Shown: positions 8,258-18,154 of the stretch, piece by piece
Layout: the number at the start of each line of letters is the position of its first letter
How positions within the stretch are numbered: the first letter of the stretch is position 1
DNA from: Acidobacteriota bacterium
GTDB lineage: Bacteria > Acidobacteriota > UBA890 > WLXD01
Assembly: GCA_965248695.1 (NCBI GenBank)
Contig: CBDFKD010000002.1
Location: 2,005,201-2,069,200, forward strand
DNA: 64,000 nucleotides
Direction: 5' to 3'
Notes under the pieces: generated by a model
Database searches by the model: none
Told to the model about the DNA's origin: nothing
Seen by the model: the letters and a program-made list of their open reading frames with translations, nothing else
Translations under genes and position numbers: made by a program

Positions 8258-10027
8258 CTAGTCGCGCCGCGCGACGATGCCGCGTTCCTGATCGACGACG
8301 ATGCGCCCTGGTGCGACATCCGTGAGCACCGTCTCCTCACCGACCCCCCAGGAAACGCGCAGCTCGTCGGCTCTCCCGGACGGCAAGTAGATGAGCAACC
8401 GCGCATCGTTGCTCCCGAGGTAGCCGTCGCCGCTGCTCAACTGCAGCACCTGCACATCGTCGCCGGATCGCACCACGAGCCGGGATCCGTAGCCCATCCG
8501 GTTCGCGTCGCGCCCCACGAGTCGCACCTGTAGCGCCGCCAGTTGCGACTGGGTGTCGTTGCGCAGGAGATCCGGAGATCCGTTGAGGTTGGTCACCAGC
8601 ACGTCCGCATCGGCGTCGTTGTCGTAGTCGCCGACGAGGGCAGCGCGCGACGTTGCCTCGATCGCCATTCCGGATCCGGCCGAGGCGCCAACCTCTTCAA
8701 AACGTGCGGCGCCGGTCTCCCGCAGGCGATTCAGCGACAACAGGTTGCGTTGCGCATACGGCTCGTATTCGTCGAGCTGCGGATAGATGTGCCCGTTGGC
8801 GACGAACACATCAGCGTCGGCGTCGCCGTCAGGGTCGAAGAACTGCACCGCCCAACCCATGTACGGGAGGCTACTCGCCGCCAGGCCGAGCAACTGGCTA
8901 ACCTCCTCGAAAGCGCAGTCACCCAGGTTGCGATAAAGCGCATTGTTGTCGTTCTGGAAGTTGCTGACCAGCACGTCAAACTGCCCGTCGGCGTCGAAAT
9001 CCGCCGCTGTCGCACCCATCCCGGCCTGCTCCAGCCCTTCGCTGCTGTACCCGGCGCCTGAGAACAACCCCCACTCATCAAGCACCCCGGCATCGTCACG
9101 CCGATACAGCAGGTTGATGGTCGAGTCGTTGGCGACGTAGATCTCGGAGCGGGCGTCGCCGTCGCAATCGGTGGCCACGAGCGCCAACCCGTAGGTCGAT
9201 TCGCGGTCGACTCGCTGGGTAGGCCAGGGCTCGAACCTGCCGTCGGCGCGGTTCCTGAAGAACCGATCGCGCGCCCCGTCGAGCCCCTCCGGCCCGCAGA
9301 AGACGTCTATGCCCTGGTAGATGCAATAGCGATCGCCCAGCGTCGGGGTGGCGGCGCCGTCGAATTCGACGTACTTGGTGACATAAAGATCGAGCCATCC
9401 GTCGGCATCCCAGTCAACGAAACCGGCGCTCGCACCCCAGCCCTCATCTTCGACGCCGGCCGGCCAAACGCTGAAGGTCCCGTCACCGTTGTTGCGATAC
9501 AGCCGGTCCGGACCAATCGCGGTGACCAGCAGGTCGGGGAAGCCATCGTTGTCGACGTCCGCAACCGCGGCTCCGTTGCCCCAGACACGATCACCGGCGC
9601 CGCCTCCGTCGGCTACGGGATCGTAGCCGTCGTGCCGGCGTCGGAAGAGGCGGTGCCCACCGCTGCCGCGCCGGCCGGCGAGGCCGGCGATCGAAGCGGC
9701 GACCGGATCGACGCCCGGGCCCTCCAGGCCGTTCACCAGGAACAGGTCGAGCCCACCATCGCGATCGAAATCGAGCCAGGCACCACCAGATCCGCCGAAC
9801 TCCGATATGTATGCCTTGTCGACGCCGCCGTACTGGTGCTCGAAACTGATCCCGGCGTTGTCCGGCACCCGTACGAAGTGGACGCCCTGCGCCTGCGCGA
9901 GCGCCGCACACAGGACGGTAGCGACAAACACGCCCGCTCCGAGCCGGTTGCCGGGCGCGCGCCATGCTGGACCGGACGGCGGCTGGTCCGCGGCGCGGCG
10001 ATCCCGGTCAACTTCGCGTCGAGTCAT
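8258..10027 (-). CDS. CRTAC1-family protein (FG-GAP/VCBS repeats plus a C-terminal ASPIC/UnbV domain), secreted
   Basis: Track ORF of 589 aa. It has an N-terminal signal-like hydrophobic segment, repeated DxDGxxD motifs (DVDNDGFPDLLV, DWDADGWLDLYV, DFDADGQFDVLV) and a C-terminal block GDGYLGSNDARLLIYLPSG. The start codon overlaps the 3' end of the BCCT gene by 20 nt. Confidence 0.75.
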   Translation of the reverse strand: MTRREVDRDRRAADQPPSGPAWRAPGNRLGAGVFVATVLCAALAQAQGVHFVRVPDNAGISFEHQYGGVDKAYISEFGGSGGAWLDFDRDGGLDLFLVNGLEGPGVDPVAASIAGLAGRRGSGGHRLFRRRHDGYDPVADGGGAGDRVWGNGAAVADVDNDGFPDLLVTAIGPDRLYRNNGDGTFSVWPAGVEDEGWGASAGFVDWDADGWLDLYVTKYVEFDGAATPTLGDRYCIYQGIDVFCGPEGLDGARDRFFRNRADGRFEPWPTQRVDRESTYGLALVATDCDGDARSEIYVANDSTINLLYRRDDAGVLDEWGLFSGAGYSSEGLEQAGMGATAADFDADGQFDVLVSNFQNDNNALYRNLGDCAFEEVSQLLGLAASSLPYMGWAVQFFDPDGDADADVFVANGHIYPQLDEYEPYAQRNLLSLNRLRETGAARFEEVGASAGSGMAIEATSRAALVGDYDNDADADVLVTNLNGSPDLLRNDTQSQLAALQVRLVGRDANRMGYGSRLVVRSGDDVQVLQLSSGDGYLGSNDARLLIYLPSGRADELRVSWGVGEETVLTDVAPGRIVVDQERGIVARRD

Positions 10028-11588
10028 CGTCCCGACGCCGGCCGCCCTCCTCGTACTCGACCACAGGCAGAGGTGGCGGGGCGAGCGCCTCTCCGTAGTC
10101 CTCGAGCAGGTCCTTTACGAAGGCCCAGACGAGTATGTAGAGGGCGAATAGCACCGGCAAAGCCATCACGATGGATGAGGCTTGAATCACCTCGAGACCC
10201 CCGATGGAGAGCATCATCATCGCCATCAGGCCGAGGACACCGGCCCACAATACGCGGTTCCAACGTGCCGGCTCCTCGTCGGCGTGCAGCTCCCGCGTCG
10301 ACACCGAGGCGAGAATATATGCCGACGAGTCGAGGGTGGTGGCCATGAAAATAAACAGCACCACGACCATGCACGGCAGCACCAAGCCGCTCATCGGCAG
10401 CGAGGCCAGGATCTGGGCGCCGGTCTCCGCTGGACCGACTTCGTTCAGCAAGCGGCTCACGTCGAGCAGGCCGGTCTTCTGAAGGTGCAGGCTATAGCCG
10501 CCAAAGACGGCGAAGTATGCCCAGCAGCCCACCGAGCCCCAGCAACACATCGCGAACACGACCTCGCGGAACGTGCGTCCGCGGGAGATCCGGGCGACGA
10601 ACAAGCCCATCATCGGCGCGTACGCGACCCACCAGGCCCAGTAGAACACCGTCCACTTCTGCGGGAAGCCTTCTTCGGCAACGGGATCTGTCCACATGCT
10701 CATGCGGAAGAAGTTGTCCAGCATCAGGCCCATGCTGTTGCTGAACAGGTCGAGGATGAACACCGTCGGCCCGACCAGCAGCACGAAGCCCACGAGCAAG
10801 AGCGCCAAGTAGGTATTGATGTTGCTAAGGCGGGCGATTCCCCGCTCGAGGCCGAGGTAGACGCTGGTCCCGAAGATCAGAGTCCAAATGAGCAGGATCA
10901 CGAGGTTGAGCCCGGTGCTCTGCTCGACGCCCAGGATCTTTGCCGAGATGGCGGCGATCAGCGGCGTCCCCAGGCCCAGCGACGTACCCACGCCGCCGAT
11001 GATGCCGAACATCACGGCGACGTCCATGCTGACGCCCAGCGGACCCTTCGTGTGGCGCCCGAGCACAGTCTGCGATGCCATGCTGAAGGTCAGCCGCGGC
11101 TGCCGTCGCACGTGATACGAGTAGCCGATTACGATCGCCGGGACACACCAGAGAGCCCAGGCGCTCAAGCCCCAGTGGAAGTTGCCGTACATGGCAGCCC
11201 ACTCGTACGACAGCGGCGACCCGCTCTGGACACCAAAGGGGCGATCCTGCAGATAGTAGATGGGCTCGAGCATGGCCCAATACGTGAGGCTGGAGCCGAT
11301 GCCGCCGCAAAACAACATCGCGACCCAGGTAAACGTCGAGAACTCGGGCTTGTCATCACGCCCGCCGAGCTTCACCGAGGCGAAACGACCGAGCACCAAC
11401 CAGGCGAGCAGCCCGAAGGAAGCAATGCCCGAGAACAAATAGAGCCACCCGAAGTTGTCGCTCACCCAGTCACGTGCCTGGTTGACCTGCGCGCCGACTC
11501 CCGTCGGATCAATCATGGCGCTGACGCATATCGTCACTATGACGATGAGCGCCGGCCAGAAGACACGGTGCTCGATCTGTCTAGCCAT
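10008..11588 (-). CDS. BCCT-family (betaine/carnitine/choline) transporter
   Basis: Track ORF 10008..11924, with the start moved to M113 (MARQIEHRVFWPALIV), which is preceded by AAGGAG. It is a multi-TM protein with BCCT-like blocks (WTVFYWAWWVAYAPMMGLFVARISRGRT...). Confidence 0.8.
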   Translation of the reverse strand: MARQIEHRVFWPALIVIVTICVSAMIDPTGVGAQVNQARDWVSDNFGWLYLFSGIASFGLLAWLVLGRFASVKLGGRDDKPEFSTFTWVAMLFCGGIGSSLTYWAMLEPIYYLQDRPFGVQSGSPLSYEWAAMYGNFHWGLSAWALWCVPAIVIGYSYHVRRQPRLTFSMASQTVLGRHTKGPLGVSMDVAVMFGIIGGVGTSLGLGTPLIAAISAKILGVEQSTGLNLVILLIWTLIFGTSVYLGLERGIARLSNINTYLALLLVGFVLLVGPTVFILDLFSNSMGLMLDNFFRMSMWTDPVAEEGFPQKWTVFYWAWWVAYAPMMGLFVARISRGRTFREVVFAMCCWGSVGCWAYFAVFGGYSLHLQKTGLLDVSRLLNEVGPAETGAQILASLPMSGLVLPCMVVVLFIFMATTLDSSAYILASVSTRELHADEEPARWNRVLWAGVLGLMAMMMLSIGGLEVIQASSIVMALPVLFALYILVWAFVKDLLEDYGEALAPPPLPVVEYEEGGRRRDDDSTRS

Positions 11589-11792
11589 GCGTGCCTCGAT
11601 CTCCTTCGGGGTCGCTCGTTTGCATGCGCGTAGCTCCGGACCGAAACGCGTCTCGACATCACAGCGGTCGGCCGCTGGCCCTGTGTGTCCGGCCACGCGG
11701 GCTACGCTAGCCGGATTGATTTGGTTGATCAGTCCCACACTGTAACGTACAGAGCAGGAGCGTCGCCGTAGCCCCAGCGTCCTGGGAAACCG

Positions 11793-14558
11793 TTGAACGT
11801 GTGTAGGTCCAAGTCTGCTCTTATCCTGTGCATCGCGCTGCTGGTCGGCGCGGGGCCGCGGCCGGCTAGTCAGTCGGGAAGCGGCGCGACTGAGCGTGAG
11901 CGCCGCGGCGCGGACCAAGGGCAACAGGAATCAGCCAGGAAGGCACCCCGCCGTGTGATTCCCGTCCGCATGGTCACGCCCAACTCACCGAACAGCCTCC
12001 CCGCGACGCCGGCGCCGAGTACGCCGGCCGGCCAGCGGCCGCTCGCCGTCGCGGTGCGGATACCGAGAAAGCTCATTCCCGTGCGCATGGTGTCACCGGG
12101 CGAACTCAACGCGCCCGTTCGCATGTCCGGCGCCCCGGTTGCTGATCCCACCAGAGTACTCCCGGGCGGAGCGACGAACCGGTACGCCGTATTGCCGCAG
12201 CCGCCTCTTGTACCGCTAAACCGTGCCCGGATGCCGGCGTCCGACGCGGCCGTGCCGGTGCCCAACACTGCGACGCCAGCGCCCAGAACTTCCGGTCCGA
12301 CGTTCGGAGCCGCGGAGCCGACGTTGGGAACCTCCCGGCCGACATTGGGAACCTCCGAGCCAGCGTTTGTAGCCTCCGAGCCCGCGTTCGGGACGGCACG
12401 ACCGCCGACAACCCGCGCCCCAGGGGTAGCACCGGACATGGCCGTATCGCGGACCGCAGAGGCGCCGGTGATGGACGGTATCGTCGACGACGCCGCCTGG
12501 GCGCTAGCCGACGTCGCCAGCGATTTTCTGCAGCGCGAACCACAGGAGGGGCAACCAGCCACCGAGCGTACGGAGGTGCGCATTCTCTACGACGACGAGA
12601 ACCTCTACGTCGGGCTGATCGCCTACGACAGCAACCCTAGCGCCATTCTCGCCAGCGAGCTGCGGCGTGACGCGCTCGGCGGAGGTGGGTTCTTCGGCGG
12701 CGGCGGCGGCGGTGGCGGCGGCTCGGACGACACTTTCAGCGTCGTGCTCGACACCTTCCACGACGGCCGCAGCGCCTTCCTGTTCACGGTCAATGCGCTG
12801 GGCGCCCGCTATGACGCCACCATCCGCAACGAGAGCCAGGTCAACTCCGAGTGGGACGAGGCCTGGGACGCGGCCGCCCAGGTGACCTCCCGCGGCTGGG
12901 AGGCCGAGCTCGTCATTCCTCTCGGGATCCTGCGTTTCTCCGGCGGCCTGGCCGACTGGGGCGTGGACTTCGAGCGCAATATCCGTCACAAGAACGAGCA
13001 GGTCGCCTGGAGCAACTACCGCCGCGACTTCCGTTTCATCGCCGTGTCGCAGGCCGGCGACCTGCGCGGCTTTGAGAACCTCTCGGTGACGCAACGGTTC
13101 CGCTTGAAGCCGTATTTCCTCGGAAGCGCCAGCTCGCTGTTCGACGACCCGGGTCGCACCAACAGCGTCGACAGGGAGTTGGGCATCGACGATCTCAAGA
13201 TCCAGCTGACCTCGAACCTCACCGCCGATCTGACCTACAACACCGACTTCGCCCAGGTCGAGATCGACGACCAGCGGGTCAACCTGACGCGGTTCTCGCT
13301 CTTCTTCCCGGAGAAGCGCGATTTCTTTCTCGAGGGGGCCAACAACTTCAGCTTCGGGCCACGGGGAAGTAGCGACGGGGGCTTCGGACCACCGGTGCTG
13401 CGATTATTCCACTCGCGCAACATCGGACTGTCGTCGACCGGGATCCCCGTTCCCATCGACTTCGGCGCCAAAATGACCGGCAAGCTAGGCAGCGGTAACG
13501 TCGGCTTTCTGCACGTCCGCACCGGCGAGTCGGGGCTCGGCGAAGGGGAAGGCTTCACGGCGCTGCGCTGGCGGCAGGACGTGCTGGCGCGATCGAGCGT
13601 CGGCGCGTTGATCACCAACGTGGAGGGTCCGGACGGAGCGATCAACACGGTCGTCGGCGCCGACGCCAGCTTCACTTTCTTCGACAACCTCAACATCTCG
13701 GCGTTCGGCGCCCGCGCCACCGACAGTGACCTGGAAGAAGGCAAGTTCGCGGGCCAGTTTCGGATCGGTTGGCAGAGCGATCAGTGGAGCGCCAGCTACG
13801 ACATCATGCGCATAGACCCGGACTTCCGCAGCGATCTCGGGTTCGTCCTCCGGGAGGATGTCGTGGCGCGAACGATCCGCGGCGCCTGGAACCACCGGCC
13901 GGGCGCAATCCCGTGGCTACGGTCGGTGAACTTCGACTTCAACTACACGACCTTCCACGACAGCCGGGGCGACCTGATCAGCCGCACGTCGTGGATCGGT
14001 CCCTTCATAGGCACCGAGGCAGGCGATGGGATCGGCGGTTTCTACTCGAATTCGTTCGAGCGACTGGACTTCCCGTTCCCGATCCACCCCGACGTCACCA
14101 TTCCGCCTGGCGAGTACACGTACGAGGCCCTGTACGTCTATTTCTTCACCTCCGCGGGGCGCTGGGCCAGCGTCAGCGGCGAGTTTCAAATCGGAGAGTT
14201 CTACGACGGCACCATTACGTCGCTAACCCCCGGTCTGACGTTCCGCGTGAATGAGAACCTGCTGTTCGCCCCGAGCTTCAGCTACAACAACATCGACCTG
14301 CCCGGAGGCAGCTTCACCACCAACGTCCTCAACGCCCGCGCCAGCTACAGCTTCTCGGATCGCTGGCTCACCGATGCGCTGGTGCAGTACAACAACCTCT
14401 TCGACACCGTGTCGGTGTTCGCTCGGCTGCGCTACATCTACAGCATCGGCGACGATATCTACCTCGTGTATCGGCAGGCCGGCGACTACGACGGCTTCCG
14501 CTTCGATCGCCACGATCGGTCGATCACGCTGAAGGTCACGCGCTCGTTCAACTGGTAG
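11793..14558 (+). CDS. Large secreted beta-barrel-type protein (CBM9-like/DUF5916-like) with a repetitive Pro-rich N-terminal linker
   Basis: Track ORF of 921 aa with signal peptide MNVCRSKSALILCIALLVGAG. The first ~240 aa are low-complexity, with repeats of IPVRMV(T/S)P and EPxxGTS. Then follow a CBM9/DOMON-like segment (ILYDDENLYVGLIAYDSNP) and a long beta-strand-rich C-terminus ending in aromatic residues (TRSFNW). The family call is from memory. Confidence 0.6.
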   Translation: MNVCRSKSALILCIALLVGAGPRPASQSGSGATERERRGADQGQQESARKAPRRVIPVRMVTPNSPNSLPATPAPSTPAGQRPLAVAVRIPRKLIPVRMVSPGELNAPVRMSGAPVADPTRVLPGGATNRYAVLPQPPLVPLNRARMPASDAAVPVPNTATPAPRTSGPTFGAAEPTLGTSRPTLGTSEPAFVASEPAFGTARPPTTRAPGVAPDMAVSRTAEAPVMDGIVDDAAWALADVASDFLQREPQEGQPATERTEVRILYDDENLYVGLIAYDSNPSAILASELRRDALGGGGFFGGGGGGGGGSDDTFSVVLDTFHDGRSAFLFTVNALGARYDATIRNESQVNSEWDEAWDAAAQVTSRGWEAELVIPLGILRFSGGLADWGVDFERNIRHKNEQVAWSNYRRDFRFIAVSQAGDLRGFENLSVTQRFRLKPYFLGSASSLFDDPGRTNSVDRELGIDDLKIQLTSNLTADLTYNTDFAQVEIDDQRVNLTRFSLFFPEKRDFFLEGANNFSFGPRGSSDGGFGPPVLRLFHSRNIGLSSTGIPVPIDFGAKMTGKLGSGNVGFLHVRTGESGLGEGEGFTALRWRQDVLARSSVGALITNVEGPDGAINTVVGADASFTFFDNLNISAFGARATDSDLEEGKFAGQFRIGWQSDQWSASYDIMRIDPDFRSDLGFVLREDVVARTIRGAWNHRPGAIPWLRSVNFDFNYTTFHDSRGDLISRTSWIGPFIGTEAGDGIGGFYSNSFERLDFPFPIHPDVTIPPGEYTYEALYVYFFTSAGRWASVSGEFQIGEFYDGTITSLTPGLTFRVNENLLFAPSFSYNNIDLPGGSFTTNVLNARASYSFSDRWLTDALVQYNNLFDTVSVFARLRYIYSIGDDIYLVYRQAGDYDGFRFDRHDRSITLKVTRSFNW
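12695..12721 (+). repeat. (GGC)n trinucleotide microsatellite inside a CDS, encoding a poly-Gly tract
   Basis: The sequence ggcggcggcggcggcggtggcggcggc encodes GGGGFFGGGGGGGGGS in the DUF5916-like protein. Confidence 0.6.
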
Positions 14559-14594
14559 GGCGCCGAGCACGGGCAGCTTGGGAGAGTGCCGGTG

Positions 14595-16346
14595 CTAGAA
14601 CCCCGCGGCGCGGAAGACTGCCTTGCCGGCCAGCAACGTAAGCAGTACCCGAACATCCTCGATCCGTGTCGTCCGAACCTCGAACAGATCGCGCTCGAGC
14701 ACCACGAGGTCGGCTTGCTTGCCGACGACGATCGAGCCGGTGACGTCGGCCTGGTGCAGGAGGAACGCGGCATCCAGCGTATGCATGCGGATCGCGTCGT
14801 CGAGGCTATTGAGCGGCGTCGAGAAACGCGTGAGCGCGCGCTGGATGGTAGCCAGCGGCGACAACGGCCCAGCGTCCCAATCGCTGCTGAGGACTGTCTT
14901 GGCACCGGCATCGAGCAAGGACTGGACCGGCAGTAGCCCGTCGACAGCGGCGGCGCTCAAGAAGCGGCTCAGGTAGCGAGCGTAGGCGCGATTGATCGCA
15001 TCGGGAGGCATCTGCAGGTCGGCGATCACGCCCAGCCGGAGGAACCGGCGACGGTCCACTTCGTCCACCAGGTAGAGGTGGCTGATGCGATGGCGCCGGT
15101 CCTTGGCGCCGGTCCGCGCCCGAGCCGACTGCACCGCATCGAGCGCCAGCCGTGCGCCACGATCACCGGTGGCATGGAAGTGCATCTGGAAGCCGATCTC
15201 GTCGAGCCCCTGAACGTACTTCTGCAGTGCCTCTTCCTCAAAGTACACGAACCCGGACGGCGACGGGCTGGGGAGCCCCGGGGTGTCGAGATACGCATCC
15301 AGCAGCGCCGAGGTGCCGAGATCGAGGATTCCGTCGACGTAGATCTTCGCCTGGTTGAAACGCAGGAGACGTCCGGGCTCGTTGGTGTACAGGCGCCTCA
15401 GGTCGTCCATCTGCGCAGCGAACGGACGGTCCGGATAAACGTACAGTGCATTGCTAGCCCGGACCGTGAGCTCGCCTTCGCGCTCGGCCCGCTGCCACAC
15501 CTCATGGTGGCCGCGAGTCCAGTAGCCCCCGGCGTCGCTCACCGAAGTGATGCCGTGCATATTCAGCTCGGCAAGGCTGCCGCGCAGCCCTTGATACGCT
15601 CCCTCGAGGATCTCGTCGGTCGGGGCCCACGCAACATCGCGGAGCTTCTGCTGCGCGTTCTCGAAGACGATTCCCGTCAGACGCCCGCTGCTCGGATCGC
15701 GATGCAGGATTCCGCCCTGCGGATCCGGGCTGTTGCGTCGGTACCCGGCCGCCTCCATGGCCATCGTGTTGGCCCACGCGCCATGCCCCAGGTCGTCGAG
15801 AATCAACACTGGGCGATCGGGAACGGCGCGATCCAGCACGTTGATCGGTAGCTCGTCTCCATCCAGCAAGGCGGAGACGAACACCCCGGCTCCGAGCACC
15901 CAGTCCCTGCCCTGTTGGCGGTTGGCACAGTTGCGGGCCGACTGCTCATAGGTCGCCAGCGGCCGACGCCAAGGGAACAGACAGAGACCCTCGTTGATTC
16001 CCGCTTCAAGCGCGTGAACGTGCGGGTCGTGAAAGCCGGGCAGCAACATGCGACCGTCGAGGTCCACCCGCTCTGTTGCGCTGGTTGCCAGTGCCAACAC
16101 CTCGGCATCGTCACCGACGGCGACAATCATGCCGTCCTCGATGGCAACCGCTTCTGCCCAAGGACGTGCAGGGTCAACGGTGTAGACACGGCCGCCGTGA
16201 AAGACCGTCGAAGGGGCCACAGGCAACAGCGCAGCCGCCGAGCCGTCGCTGGCGGCCACGACAACTAGCGCCACGATCGCCACCGTAGTGAGGGTGCGGC
16301 GGCGCCCCGCTATCAAGGGCGTCGTCGGGACGGGCTGTTCGAGCAT
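14595..16346 (-). CDS. Amidohydrolase-3 family metal-dependent hydrolase, secreted
   Basis: Track ORF 14595..16430, with the start moved to M29 (MLEQPVPTTPLIAGRRRTLTTVAIVALVVVAAS), giving a signal peptide. It shows GFHDPHVHALE (metal-binding HxH) and a typical Amidohydro_3 layout. Confidence 0.8.
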   Translation of the reverse strand: MLEQPVPTTPLIAGRRRTLTTVAIVALVVVAASDGSAAALLPVAPSTVFHGGRVYTVDPARPWAEAVAIEDGMIVAVGDDAEVLALATSATERVDLDGRMLLPGFHDPHVHALEAGINEGLCLFPWRRPLATYEQSARNCANRQQGRDWVLGAGVFVSALLDGDELPINVLDRAVPDRPVLILDDLGHGAWANTMAMEAAGYRRNSPDPQGGILHRDPSSGRLTGIVFENAQQKLRDVAWAPTDEILEGAYQGLRGSLAELNMHGITSVSDAGGYWTRGHHEVWQRAEREGELTVRASNALYVYPDRPFAAQMDDLRRLYTNEPGRLLRFNQAKIYVDGILDLGTSALLDAYLDTPGLPSPSPSGFVYFEEEALQKYVQGLDEIGFQMHFHATGDRGARLALDAVQSARARTGAKDRRHRISHLYLVDEVDRRRFLRLGVIADLQMPPDAINRAYARYLSRFLSAAAVDGLLPVQSLLDAGAKTVLSSDWDAGPLSPLATIQRALTRFSTPLNSLDDAIRMHTLDAAFLLHQADVTGSIVVGKQADLVVLERDLFEVRTTRIEDVRVLLTLLAGKAVFRAAGF

Positions 16347-16354
16347 GCGCTCGC

Positions 16355-18154
16355 TCACCCTACCCCGGTCACGAGACCGGTTTCCGGCGCCTCGTAGACG
16401 ATCTCTCCGTTCACCAGGGTCAACAGGCACCGCATCTCCTTGATCTCCTCCGTCGGCACCGAGTAGAGATCACGATCCCAGACGGCGATATCGGCATACT
16501 TGCCGACCTCGAGGGTGCCGATACGGTCCTCCATGAACAGCTGCCGGGAGTTCCACGCGGTGTAGGAGCGCAACGCAGTCTGGATATCGACGGACTCGTC
16601 GGTACCGAACGGATGCTGCCCGTGGGTACCCATCAGCGTCTCCCGGGCAACCGAGGCCCAGAGTCCGTAGCGGGCCGCGAACGGCGTGACGTCGTAGTCG
16701 GATCCGCTTCCCCAACGAATGCCCCGATCGAGGTAGGTCTTGAGTCCGAGCAACCGCTGATTCCGCTGGGGGCCGAAATTGCCGGCATAGGTGTCGCCGA
16801 TCCACCAGGTAAATCCCGGCTGCACCTCCGGATACACGGCGTCGTAGTCAGTCTGCAGGCGGGCCATCGTGTCGAGCGCCGCGTCGGTCGGGATATTCGA
16901 GTGAATGATGCTGTGGCGTAGGCCGTACGCCGGGTTCGCCTCCAACGCATCGGCGAACGCCTCCACGACCACGTCGATGGCGCGGTCGCCGATGGAATGC
17001 ACGCCGAGGTGCATTCCAGATGAGTGGACCGCGCCGATCTGATCCCGCAAGACCTCCGGTGTCGCCCGCGGCAAGCCGTAGTTGCCAGCATCGACCTCGT
17101 CGAGGTTCCTGTTCCACTCGTCGTGCAGCCAGGCGGTGCGGGCACCGCCGCTGCCGTCGGCGTAGAGCTTGACTCCTCCTGAAATCAGCATGTCGTCGCC
17201 GGTCGAGATCCACGGCTTGGTGAACGGACCGATCTGCTCGATGAGCCGCTGAGTGTCCTCGAGGGTCTGCCCGGTGCGCCAGAGAACGAATATGCGCGCG
17301 GTGAGCTTTCCCGAGGCCAGCGCCGCCTGGTAGGCACGCCAAGTGCGGAAGCCGATCTCAGGGTCCTTGACGGCCGTCATTCCCTCTTCGTGGAGCCTGG
17401 GCACGTAGCGTTCAATCGCCTCGCGCAGCCGATCGTCGCCGCGGGCGGGAATATTGCGACGTACGAGCGATGTCGCGGTGTCCTTGAAGACGCCGGTCGG
17501 ATTGCCGTCGGCGTCACGGTCGATCAGGCCTCCTGGCGGGTCCGGAGTTGCCCGCGTGATGCCTGCCAGCTCCAGGGCGACAGAGTTTCCGACGCTGTAG
17601 TGCGCCGTCGTGTGAGTCAACCAGACGGGATTGTCGGGCGAGACCGGGTCCAGATCACTGGCGTAGATATAGCGACCCTCGGCGAGCTTGCCTTCATCCC
17701 ATCCACCGCCGGTCACCCAATCGCCGGGCTCCCGGTCAATCACCGCTGCACGCACTGCTTCGGCAACGTCGACGATCGACTCGACGGCAGGGTACGAGAC
17801 GTCGAGGGTGAACAGCGCTCCAGCGGCGCCAACTGCGAAGTGGTTGTGAGTGTCGATCAGGCCAGGGGTTGCGGTGAGTCCGCCCAGATCGATGCGGCGG
17901 GTGCCGACACCGGCGAGCGCTTCAATCTCCCTGGTCGACCCGACGGCGACGATCTTGCCGTCGTGGATCGCCACCGCTTCGACGATGGTGTCGTCAGCGT
18001 CGACCGTGATGATCTTGCCGTTGACGACAATCGTGTCCGCCGAGAGCTGAATGGCCGGTGAGCACCCGACAATGTGCAACCCCCCGAACAGCAGCCCGAC
18101 GACCAATCCGGCACTGCACCGCCGGCCACCGGCGCACGCAGGCAGGTTCCTCAC
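16355..18154 (-). CDS. Amidohydrolase-3 family metal-dependent hydrolase, probable lipoprotein
   Basis: Track ORF 16355..18223. The proposed GTG start at 18154 (VRNLPACAGG...GLLFGGLHIVGCSP, with lipobox IVGC) overlaps the stop of the upstream dipeptidase gene in a GTGA junction. Motif GLIDTHNHF (HxH) is present. Confidence 0.75.
   Translation of the reverse strand: MRNLPACAGGRRCSAGLVVGLLFGGLHIVGCSPAIQLSADTIVVNGKIITVDADDTIVEAVAIHDGKIVAVGSTREIEALAGVGTRRIDLGGLTATPGLIDTHNHFAVGAAGALFTLDVSYPAVESIVDVAEAVRAAVIDREPGDWVTGGGWDEGKLAEGRYIYASDLDPVSPDNPVWLTHTTAHYSVGNSVALELAGITRATPDPPGGLIDRDADGNPTGVFKDTATSLVRRNIPARGDDRLREAIERYVPRLHEEGMTAVKDPEIGFRTWRAYQAALASGKLTARIFVLWRTGQTLEDTQRLIEQIGPFTKPWISTGDDMLISGGVKLYADGSGGARTAWLHDEWNRNLDEVDAGNYGLPRATPEVLRDQIGAVHSSGMHLGVHSIGDRAIDVVVEAFADALEANPAYGLRHSIIHSNIPTDAALDTMARLQTDYDAVYPEVQPGFTWWIGDTYAGNFGPQRNQRLLGLKTYLDRGIRWGSGSDYDVTPFAARYGLWASVARETLMGTHGQHPFGTDESVDIQTALRSYTAWNSRQLFMEDRIGTLEVGKYADIAVWDRDLYSVPTEEIKEMRCLLTLVNGEIVYEAPETGLVTGVG

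Noticed and set aside
8181-14594. Intrinsic terminators between the convergent pairs at 8181-8257 and 14559-14594.
   Set aside because: Only short or imperfect stems (4+4 with a bulge) are present, with no U-tracts. They are not distinguishable from background GC-rich sequence.
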